This document shows positions 53,055 to 64,000 of a DNA stretch of 64,000 nucleotides, piece by piece. The stretch is from Eledone cirrhosa (Eukaryota), in the NCBI GenBank assembly GCA_964016885.1, contig OZ024742.1, forward strand, positions 113,708,001 to 113,772,000, read 5' to 3'. Below the pieces are notes generated by a model, which was given only the letters and a program-made list of their open reading frames with translations, had not been told where the DNA came from and searched no databases. How positions within the stretch are numbered: the stretch's first letter is position 1; every line of letters begins with the position of its first letter. The position numbers and the translations under genes were made by a program.

Positions 53055-55915
53055 ACCTTGATCACCTTGACCGACCAGTCTGTCAGGCGTCCATTCCGCG
53101 CTGCTGGTCTCAGCACGCCGTCCATTCCTCTCTGGATCGTGCTTTCCTCATCCATGTAGTCCCAGTCGTATTCTTAACATCGTAACTCCGCCTTCGTGGA
53201 GGTAGTCCGTGTGGTCATTTCCACTCGCGCGGGTACCACTCGGCAACTGCGCGGTTACACCGATTATCGGTGGACCTGGCGACGTGACCAGCCCATCTGA
53301 ACTTGCTGAGCATATATTCCGTGATGACGTCCCACACGACGGACTTCTGTCTGATGACTTCGCTCCTGATGTGCTCTCTCAACGAGATTCCTAGCATTGA
53401 TCTTGCCATGGCTCTTTGAGCCGTTACCAGCCTCTGTTCTTCTCTCTTCGTTGTAGCCCAAGTCTCACTGCCATATAACATTGTTGGTAAAACTGTGCTA
53501 TTGAAGAGGTTGGCGCGGGTGGTCTTGTCCAACCTCCCCTTGAGAAGTCTCTTATGCCGTTGAACGCCTCCCATCCGGCCTTTACTCTCCGCGATATCTC
53601 CCTCCCAATGTCTCGGCGTATGTTCACTTCTTATCCCAGGTATTCCTCCACCTCCTCTATTTCATCGCCGCCAACCACCATTCGACCTGTTGTTACGTTG
53701 TCGGACCGCATGAAATTCGTTTTCATGCGGTTCATCTTGAGTCCTTCTGCAGAGCTTTTGATGTCGAGCTCCGTCAGCATGGTCTGAAGCTGATCCATGG
53801 TTTCAGCGTTAAGTACGATGTCATCAGCGAAACGGAGGTGGGTAAGTATTTCGCCGTTGATGTTGACACGCCTTGCCAGTCAATGCCTCTGATGATCTGC
53901 TCGAGACACGCGGTGAAAAGTTTTGGAGAGATCGTATGTCCTTGCTTCACTCCCTTCTTAACCGGCACTCGTACGGGTGATGACAGCAGAGCTATGTCGG
54001 TGGTACATCCGGAACTCGCCTCCCTGAGCAGTTGAACGTATTGCGCCTCGACTCTTAGCCTCTGCAGCGAGTTCGGCACTGCGTTGATTTCGACGCCGTC
54101 GAAGGCCCACTCGTAGTCTACGAACGCGACGGAAAGAGGCATCTTGTACTCTTATGCTCGCTCAAGCAGTTGTGTCAGAGTAAATATGTGGTCCGTCGTG
54201 CTATAGTTTTTTTCCGGAAGCGGGCTTGCTCTCTCGGTTGCTGTTCGTCCAGATGACGTGATAACCTGTTCAGGATTATCTTCGTGAACAGCTTGTACAC
54301 ACGAGACAGCAGGCATATGGGTCGGTAGTTCTTCAGATCTTCTCTATCACCCTTCTTGTATAGCAGGATGGTATTCGGCTCTTTCCACTGCGAGGGTATT
54401 CTTCTCTCGTCCAGATAGTGTGCGAATCGCTCGACGAGGATTTTTCAGAGCTGCTCTCCGCCTGACTTCAACACTTCCGATGTTATGCCGGAGTGCAACC
54501 CGAGAGACAAGAGGCTGCCGAAGGCCGCCAAGGAACAGGACTAATCTTGCAATATCCACCTACAACTGCAGGTCTTTGGCAGAGGGGCAAGGAGTGAACC
54601 ACCTAATGGAGGAGCAGAAGAAGATCATGTGCGACGTGTTAGGGCTGTGCGAGACCCGCCAGAAGAAGGAGGCGAGTTCACGATGGTAATATTGAGGCGT
54701 CTTGAGACTCGGGAAAGCAGAGGGTGCCAGATCGGTCGGAGTATAACGTTTATCGTAAACAAGGAATGCGCTTCGAATGTCGCTTCTTGCCATTTCATAT
54801 CGTCACGTATCGGTGTACTGAACGTGAACCTCTCAAGGAAAGCCACCCTCAAGATCGTCGAGACCTACGTTCCCACAAGTGCCAGCGACGACGATGAGGC
54901 GGAAGAATTCTATCGCCAGTTAAACAAAGTGCTGGCTGTGATGTCTACTTACACCGTCATTATGGGAGACTTCAAAGCACAGGTCGGACAGGGACGGCAA
55001 GGGGAAGTGTATGTCGGAAGATTCGGCCTAGGAGAGTGAAATGAGAGACGAGAGCGTCTGGTCACCATGGCGGAGGCGAGACGGCCCTACATCGGAAACA
55101 GCCTATTCAAGAATAAGGAGAAGAGATGGACTTGGGTATCGCCAAATTCTGAGCACCGAAACGAGATTGTCTACATCCTGGTGGACAAGCGACGCATACT
55201 GCAGGACGTCTGCCTCATAACGCCATTCAACACTGGCAGTGATCATCGTCTGGTGGGGGCGAGGATAGTCATCGACCGGACGAGGGAGAAGAAGGCGCTA
55301 CATTTGGCGTCGAATGGAGAACGCGTCCGTGTCTTCAACGAGGCGCAGTTGCAAGAAGCAATTATGCAGGAAAAGTGGCGTCAAGGAGACGGCATAGACG
55401 CTGACTACGACTCAGTGATAGGGAAACTGAAGGAATGGTTGAGGAAGGCTAAGTGTGAGTGCACGAGGGAGCGGAGGGAAGAGTCTTGGAGGAAACTATG
55501 AAGTTGCTTGAGACGGGGAAGAATATGAAGAGGACCATTGAAGATCACCTCCAATATTCCCTTCTCAGCAGAGTGATACGTCAACAAATGAAGAGAGACT
55601 TCGAGGCATACTGGATGGAGTAGCTCCTGAAGGCCGCAGAGGAAAAGAAGAACCTCAAGAAATGCGAGAGGGTCATCACAATGTACAGATCGGTAGTGAC
55701 GACCCTGAAAAACACAGCTGGAGTACCGGTCACCGACAAGAGTGAGGTGGAAAATATTTGCGTAGATTTCTACACCAAGCTCTTCAAGTCTGTCGGGAAT
55801 GTGCAGCCGTTGCCGTCACTCCGACAGGAAGAAAATGTGCCACCCATCCTTGCCGGTGAGGTCGAAAGAGCCGTCGACTTGATGAAAAGCGGAAAAGCGC
55901 CTGGGAAATAGGACA
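53052..55915 (-). mobile_element. Near-complete RTE LINE with inverted 5' half: RT/3' end on minus 53052-54439, APE on plus 54440-55915
   Basis: Minus: IPSQWKEPNT, NYRPIC, FVDYEWAFD, GVKQGHTISPKLF, LYGSETW, WAGHVAR, (TCAAGGTGA)2 tail. Plus: ISTYNCRSL, LGLCETR, YVPTS, MGDFKA, WTWVSP, GSDHR, KSGKAPGK. Confidence 0.92.
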
Positions 55916-55927
55916 TATATATATGTA

Positions 55928-55958
<31 letters not shown>

Positions 55959-55960
55959 AG

Positions 55961-56014
<54 letters not shown>

Positions 56015-56268
56015 ATACGAAACGAAAGGAGCTGCGTGGTTACTAAAGACAAGGTTTAGGATGGTGGTTAGGAAGGAACAAGAGGATAAAAGAAGAAATA
56101 ATCTTTCGTCAGCTGTAAAATTCCGCGATCCACATGTTTCTTTGGTGATTTTTCTTTTATGTATATATATATATACGGGTGTGTGTGTTTGTATATGCGT
56201 GTGTGTATGCATGTGTATGCATGTATGTAGACGTATGTGTGTAGACGTGTTTGCGGGCGTGTGGGTAG

Positions 56269-56341
<73 letters not shown>

Positions 56342-56394
56342 TATATATGCATATATATGTGCAGATGTGCATATGTGTGTATGTATATGTATGC

Positions 56395-56465
<71 letters not shown>

Positions 56466-56750
56466 CATGTATGTACAAATGCGTACGTGTCTGTGGGCAT
56501 GTATAAGGGTGCGTCTATGTGTTTTTGTCTGTCCATATATGTGCGCACATGCACGCGTGTATGTATGTGTGCACATGGATATCTGTGTATGCTTCTGGGG
56601 GTGCATGTGTGAACGTAAGCGCGCAAGCTACTCTGTATGTATGTGTGTGTGTGTCTCTGCGTGTGTATGTGTGTGTGTGCGTGTGTGTGTGCGTGTGTGT
56701 GTGTATTTGTGTGTCTGTGTATATGTGTGTATGCGAGTGGAGTGTGAGCT
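55915..56750. repeat. Microsatellite-rich block (TA, TG, TATG, TCTA) containing the inverted repeat copy at 56010-56155
   Basis: Direct reading. Confidence 0.9.
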
Positions 56751-57343
56751 GACAAACAGCAGTAATTTTGGCGACGGGACAGTAGGTGAGTGACAGCTCA
56801 CGCCCTGGCGGTCAGCGGGCCGCTACCAGTGGTCAGAATAATGATGACGTCATTAACCAGTGACCAACCCATGGACGTGAAAAGTGGTTGAAGGTGGACG
56901 ATACAAATCTGTAGGGTCGGAAACCCAAGAAAATGGATATGCTCCGAAATAAATAGACGCGTCCAAGACACCTGCGATTCTAGAGTCAGGTCGATCCACA
57001 CACAAATGGCACCTCGAGCTGTTCGCCGTGGAAACAATTGTAACACTATAAATCGTGTTCCGATGCATGACAGATTTTTTTGTTTTCCATTATATATATA
57101 TATACATATATATATATACATATATATCTATATATATATGCACATATAATGCATAATATTTTCGATTTACTTAAACAATAAATGTAAAAATTATTCGGCA
57201 ATTAGTATAATTTAATTCTAACATTTTTTATTTAAATTAAACTGCCAATAACTAATTTCAGGAGTACTGCATTTATTACTTCAAAGACAAAAATACTAAT
57301 TTAACCTAAAAAGATTTAAACACCACCTTTCAGAGACGATAAT

Positions 57344-57527
57344 TGTTTCGATTTTAGGCACGAGGCCAGCAATTACCCAGTACATAACCGGTACTTTATT
57401 TTATCGACCCGATAAAGATGAGAGGCAAAGTGAACCTCAGCGGGATTTGAACTCAGATCATAAAGAGAGGTAACAATATACTTCAAAGTATGGTATTCGA
57501 CACTCTACCGATAGTGCCAATCCAGCG
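57344..57527 (-). mobile_element. tRNA-derived SINE with 12-bp TSD
   Basis: Reverse complement of the SINE core; agagacgataat at 57332 and 57528. Confidence 0.88.
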
Positions 57528-57721
57528 AGAGACGATAATGATTGTAAATATATGTAGTTATTTATTTTTATTTTTTACATGAATGATTAGATACGAATTG
57601 TCTTAATGGTCAAAGAGAACTGCATGCAGGAGACAGAGATGTGACGTATTTGTAATGGAAGCCCCTGCTGTAAATAGAACCTTATTATTGACGCCTATAT
57701 ATATATATATACACATACACA

Positions 57722-57813
<92 letters not shown>

Positions 57814-57830
57814 TATGTGTGTGTGTGTAT

Positions 57831-57953
57831 GTTTTGAGAATGTGTTGTCTGTTTACCGACGCCTCAGTACTAAGGTAGGAGCCCTCAATGCTCAGTATGT
57901 ACTCCTACCTGCATATTGAGGTGTCGGTAAACAAACAACACATACTCAAAATG
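57831..57953. repeat. ~120-bp imperfect palindrome between microsatellites
   Basis: ttttgagaatgtgttgtctgtttaccgacgcctcagta pairs with tattgaggtgtcggtaaacaaacaacacatactcaaaa. Confidence 0.85.
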
Positions 57954-58255
57954 TATATATATATATATATATATATATACAGTTCAAGAGTAACCAGTCT
58001 TAAATAGAGATATGGAGATAGGAGAGGAGATATGAGAGGAGAGATTGGTGAATTAGTGAGAAGCCAAAGCATAAAGGCAGGTGCTCAATGTGCAATATGC
58101 AGTAGAAAGCAGCTAGGTGGCTGGGTTCATGCAAAAGTTAGGTGCGCAGAGCTGGAAATATTCATTAGTTAAGCAAAACAAGACCACACATTTTACAAAG
58201 AAGACAGTATTAAAAGATTGTCAACATATTTTTATTTGATGTAAGGAATGTAGAA

Positions 58256-58323
<68 letters not shown>

Positions 58324-58325
<2 letters not shown>

Positions 58326-59370
58326 TTACAAAAGATGCACAAAGATACAGTAATGGACTACAAATTTCAGAAGTCCCATTTACTGCTGAAATGGAAAACA
58401 CAGAAAAAGCAAAGCAGGTAAAAGTAACTGCAAAGAAAGAACTGCTACAGAAACTGGCTAAGAAATGGCAAGAAAAGCCTCTGTATGGAAAATACCCAGA
58501 GCGAGCTAACAATCCTGATGTTGACAAAACTTTAACCCATCAGTGGTTGGCATCCTCTGGACTGAAATCGGAGACTGAAGGACTGATTATATCGGCACAA
58601 GATCAGTGTCTGCCAACACAAAATTACCAAGCCAACATAATAAAAAATGGGTGCAGCCCATTATGCTGTGTATGCAAAAAACAACCAGAGACCATTGACC
58701 ATATAATTTCAATGTGCAGTCCTATAGCTCCAACCGAATACCTAAACAGGCATGACAGAGCTGCACAATACATACATTGGATAATGTGTAAGCATTTTGA
58801 CCTGCCCCATCAAAAGAATTAGTGGGAGCATCAACCACCTCCCATACTTGAAAAAGATCACATCTCAATCATGTGGAACTTTAGCATCCGAACAGACCGA
58901 AACATAGATGCAAATAGACCTGATATAATATTGAAGGACTTTCAAAGGAGGGTATGCCTGCTAATTGATATGTCTGTTCCAATAGACAAGAAAGTATCTA
59001 TAAAAACATTTGAAAATTTGAGCAAGTATAAGGACCTGGAGATAGAAATTGGAAAAATGTGGAAATTGAGAACTAAAACAATACCAGTGGTTGTAGGCGC
59101 TCTGGGAATGATACCTAAGGGGTCTAATGATTACTTATCGCAAATCCCAGGAAACCCGCGTATAGGAGAAATACGAAATACGAAAATCGGAACTGCCCAT
59201 ATACTAAGGAAGATCCTGTCAATATAAGTACATCACAAGTCTAAACACTAAGGATGCATGTGTGAATATGTATGTTCTTTCTTGAACATGGCGGACCTTG
59301 TTGTCTCTTGAGGTCACTGGTTGTGACTAGGTGATAACTCGTATGAACATAAAGCAAGATAAATGCAAAT
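58324..59370 (+). mobile_element. 5'-truncated Dong/R4-clade LINE (CCHC + restriction-like endonuclease) in (TAA)n
   Basis: LKSETEGLIISAQDQ, CCVCKKQPETIDHIISMC, YLNRHD, NRPDII, IDMSVP, KYKDL, IPVVVGALG; one in-frame stop; (TAA)n on both sides. Confidence 0.9.
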
Positions 59371-59394
59371 AATAATAATAATAATATTAATAAT

Positions 59395-62045
59395 AATAAT
59401 ATCCTTTTACAATTGTTTCGCTACTCCATATAATATTTCTGGATCCGATGACTATATATCATAATTGATCTGGTTTAGTTGAAAATAATTAACATATATA
59501 CAAGACAAAGCGACTCATCGGAATTTCAAAGAAACATATATTAAAATAATGAGAGAATGTTACATAATATAATGTTCCATATAAAAAACCATACCCTCCA
59601 GTGAAAACGTACTTAACCGAAAAGCCAAGGTTTTGATTAAGGACTTGCATCTGGATAGATTTACCCACCCTTATGTACCAACAACCCCAAGGTTCTCTCT
59701 CAAGGATCATCAGCCAAACTTTATAGAGAACCCATCTATTAGACTCATAAGACCAACCACATCTGACCTGGGTGGCATCAGTAATAGCATCCTTGATAGG
59801 ATAATCTCTGGGCTACGGGATGATATCACCTACAAGTTGTGGTCCAACACCGGCCAAGTCGTTAGATGGTTCTCCGATCTAAGGTCCAAGCAATATATGA
59901 GGTTCATCCAATTTGACATCAACAGCTATTACGCGTCAATAACCCCGGAACTGCTCAACACAGCATTAACCCTAGCCAGCACCAACTCGGACATAACCAA
60001 TAATGAGATTAACATCACACTTATGGCTAGGCAGTCTATCATTGAATTCAACGGAGCACTCTGGACTAGAAAATATAGAACAGGCAACTTTGACATTACA
60101 ATGGGCTCAAGTGACTCCACGCAAATCACAGATTTAGTTGGAATTTACATATTACATAACATCAAAGTCGAAATCCAACGCTTGCCAGGCGGAGTATACA
60201 GGGACGACGCCCTATTTGCAGTCCACAATTGCACTAATCGGAGCATCGATTTGCTAAAAAAACAATTACATAGATTCTTTAAAAATAACGGTCTCTCTAT
60301 CACCATCGAGCCGAACCATAAAGTAGTAAACTTCCTAGACGTCACCCTGGATCTCCAGAATAACCTATATTACCCATACCATAAACCAGGTGAAATACTC
60401 ACATATAAACCATGCAAAATATTATAATAAGGCTCTTTCAGAATCTTGTTATGAACAACCAATTTATTACATACCTAAATGCCATAACACAGCAAATCAC
60501 CATAATAAACATAACACTAGAACTAAAAATACCTTAGCATATAGCCAGATTCGCCGGAATTTTAGCAGTAACAGCACCTATACAGGGAACTTTAATGGTG
60601 GCAGAGAATTGCTCCCCACTCCAAGTAGCAAACTGAAATTCAACCCTAGAATAGGAATGAGAAATGGGATGACAAATAACAAATCCCCAGGTAATAATAA
60701 CCCTAGGAAGGCCTCAACCCACTCCTCTAGCACCCCTAGAAGGAATAGACCCAGACATCTCACCTGGCTTAACCCCCATTCTCATCTAATCTAGCCACTA
60801 ATATCCCCAAACGCTTCTTCTCTATCCTATCTAAACACCCCCCCCCCCCAACCATAGATATTACAAGCTCTTTAATACAAATAACATTAAATCTCCTTCT
60901 CCACAACACCTAACCTAGCTAGCCACATCGCATTCAGTAACTATCATAAAGTAAGACAAAATAACTCCAACACCGCGGTATCACCACCCTTATCAATATA
61001 CCACGCCACTATACCAATAATTACTCTAGTAGCACCCCATCTAATCCTTCTAGCACTGACCTACCGCATAGATTAAACTACCTTACTCTCACTAATCGCA
61101 GAAGCAACCGCAACTGCCGTTACCCCAATCCATGCCCATTAAATGGAGACTGCCAGACACCCAACATAGTCTATAGGTGCACGGTTAAAACTACTTCGAA
61201 TACCAGCTCTTATATCGGGTCTACCTCTATCCTTTTAAGATACGCTATAACGCGCACTCTTTTTCCTTCCGAGACCCTAGCAACAGATGTTCGACATCGC
61301 TAGCTAGGCTCATTAAAAACCTTAAATTAAACAACTTTCAACACTTCACTAAAATGGGATTTCGTGGCTAGGGCCCAACCGTTCAATGGACGCAGACTAT
61401 CTTGTGATCTCCGTATTACAGAAGCATATTACATAACTATATCACGACCTCTACCGATTAACGATAGAACGGAGGTAACTATTAGCTGTCAATTCCTTCG
61501 CCCATAGAATATTTGACCCAACTTAGTCATCTAGCCCCATTTTTACTTGTAGCTAATAAGTTGAATTGCTATGAACAACTTAGATAATTATGAGTTACCT
61601 CCCCTACATTGTCTCACAATAAAAACATTTAAAAATTAGCACTTAACTATAAATACCCACACATTCTTATCTCTCGAGGAGTTACTTCCCCTGAAACCAC
61701 CCTCTAATTAGTAAGGTAAATATGTCCTTTGGCAGCCATCTTGATACCCATAGGCAGATCTCACACAAAGCAGCCTCGACAGATGAATACTGCTTGACTA
61801 TGGCTGACAACTGATGCAACCAAGACACCATAGTAAAAAACCAATATATGGGACATTATATTATGTAAAATTCACTCATTATTTTAATTTATATTCCGTT
61901 GAAGTTCCGATAAGTCGCTCTGTCTTTTAAGTATGTTAATTATTTTCAACTGAACCAGATCAATTATGATATATAGTCATCTGATCCAGAAATATGAAAT
62001 GAAGTAGCGAAACAATTGTAAAGGGATATTATTATTAATATTATT
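59395..62045 (+). mobile_element. 5'-truncated PLE (RT + GIY-YIG; possibly Hydra clade) with inverted terminal pLTR
   Basis: FIQFDINSYYASI, FDITMGSSDS, GVYRDDAL, VNFLDVTLDL, CRYPNPCPLNGDCQTPNIVYRCTV..YIGST; 59395-59497 is the reverse complement of 61933-62035. Confidence 0.88.
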
Positions 62046-62240
62046 ATTATTATTATTCTCTACACTCCTTACATCAAACTAAAATATGTTGACAATCTGT
62101 TAATGTCTTCCTTGTGAAACTTGTGGTCTTAACTAATGAATATATATGTACATATATATATATATTTGTATGTATGTGTATGTCTATGTATGGACATATA
62201 TAAATATTTGTATGTATGTGTATATATGTGTTTATGTATA

Positions 62241-62297
<57 letters not shown>

Positions 62298-62489
62298 ACA
62301 TTTATGTATATATATATATATGTATGTGTGTATGTTATGTGTGTGTGCGTGTGCGTGTATGTGTGTGCATGTGTGTTTATCTACTTTTATATATAATTTT
62401 TCCTTTGTTTCTTCCTTTTCCAGCCTCACTTTCATATAGATTATACTTTTGTTTTGATAATCCACTGTCAATAAATACACCAGAATGTT

Positions 62490-62550
62490 TTTCATTCCGA
62501 TGACTGAATGAAAATTGTGCCTGCTTTCAAGATACTACTGGTAAATGAAA
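62490..62550 (+). ncRNA. Degenerate hammerhead-like motif
   Basis: tttcatt CCGATGA ctgaa..ttcaa GATA ctactgg TA aatgaaa; 7-bp stem I; both core boxes mutated. Confidence 0.35.
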
Positions 62551-62580
62551 TAATTATCTAATGTTGCTTATTACATAATT

Positions 62581-62663
<83 letters not shown>

Positions 62664-62675
62664 TATATATATGTA

Positions 62676-62777
<102 letters not shown>

Positions 62778-62855
62778 TTATTCCGGGTTCGATAGGGGCA
62801 ACCACAGTAAGTAAGGTACTCACTACATAGCAGAGTACACATGTTTAATATAGTC

Positions 62856-62906
62856 AGCTTCCTGAGGATTTCTCACGAATGAAACAATTCTAGTCCTGTA
62901 GAAGCT
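62856..62906 (+). ncRNA. Type I hammerhead ribozyme candidate
   Basis: agcttc CTGAGGA tttc tcac gaat GAAACA attctagtcc TGTA gaagct; 6-bp stem I. Confidence 0.7.
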
Positions 62907-63035
62907 TTTCTGTATTAAAAAAATATATATACATATGTGGGTGTATATGTGTATATTGGTGTGTATGTATATATATACATATGCGTACGCATGTGTGTGT
63001 GTATATGTGTTTGTGTGTATATATATGCATATGTA

Positions 63036-63096
<61 letters not shown>

Positions 63097-63929
63097 GCGT
63101 GAGTGTTGATGTGTGTATGTATGTGAGTGTGTATGTATGTAAAACATATGGACTGTAAATATATTTACATATAGGGAGTGAATATGTGAGCTAGCATTCC
63201 CCCCCTCCCACACACACTTCCTCTCCCAAACCAATATCAACAACGAATGTTTGACAAATGTTCCAAAACTATACTTATTTTTTCTTTTTTTACGGTCATC
63301 TTAGTTTTATCAATAGGCATGTATATTATACTTCATTAAAAGCCCATTAAATTCATCTTTGATATAGAAATTTGTAGAAGATATTCATTATAAATTTAAG
63401 AGAGTTGATTCAACTATAAGAACGAATTTGAAAATCATCCTGCCATTATATACTCAGTAAAGTTCAGCTAATAACATGAAACCAGCAGGAGGGGATGTTT
63501 ACAACCACCTTCTCAAACACCATTATCTTGCACCCTCACCATTTTCTGAGTGTATATTTATAAGTGTATGTGGGGGTATGTGTGTGTGTGCGCGCGTGTG
63601 TATGCTTTAATTCCTCCAAATCTTCATAAACACTCATTGACACTACACCCCACACCACAGAAACATCTAAATCTCTCTTATATATAGTCACACATTTCCA
63701 CACAACCTGATCTCAGTTTGACAATCGCCACCGACGAATGCGAGGAAATTCTCCAACAAAGTTAACCAGGAATCTTTAAAATTTTTCCTACCGAAGTTAA
63801 GAAACAACATACTAGATCTACCAACTAATAATATTATAATATCCTAAAATTAAATCAAATTATTTAACACTACAAGTGAAGTCATTCTTTTCTTTCTTTT
63901 CATATATATATATATATATATATATGAAC

Positions 63930-64000
63930 GAGTAGTAACGCGACGGCCGAGCTCAAGCCGTTTCGATGGCTAATTCTGGACTAAAAATTCGTCCAGAATT
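63930..64000. repeat. Third copy of the 44335/48657 family, cut by the window edge
   Basis: gacggccgagctcaagccgtttcgatggctaattctggac taaaaattc gtccagaatt. Confidence 0.75.

Overview
AT-rich, microsatellite-dense animal genomic DNA. The SINE, LINE and Penelope repertoire looks like an octopod cephalopod (inference from repeat families). No host protein-coding gene is convincingly present; the window is mostly retroelements inserted in or next to (TA)n/(CA)n/(TAA)n tracts. Contents: a near-full-length CR1-clade LINE whose ORF1 has polyQ and two CCCH fingers; a degenerate full-length Tx1 LINE and a TSD-flanked Tx1 3' piece, both nested in an older Penelope-like element (PLE); several other PLEs; a Dong/R4 3' fragment in (TAA)n; three RTE insertions, all 5'-inverted; two non-autonomous Helitron-like elements; and tRNA-derived SINEs. 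The most notable layer is RNA-structural: many hammerhead ribozyme (HHR) motifs, a 483-bp tandem unit with one HHR per copy (retrozyme-like), and at least four unrelated families of DNA palindromes centred on what would be HHR stem II, duplicating the GAAA-stemIII-UH half and lacking CUGANGA. All alignments and folds were done by eye, so boundaries are approximate.
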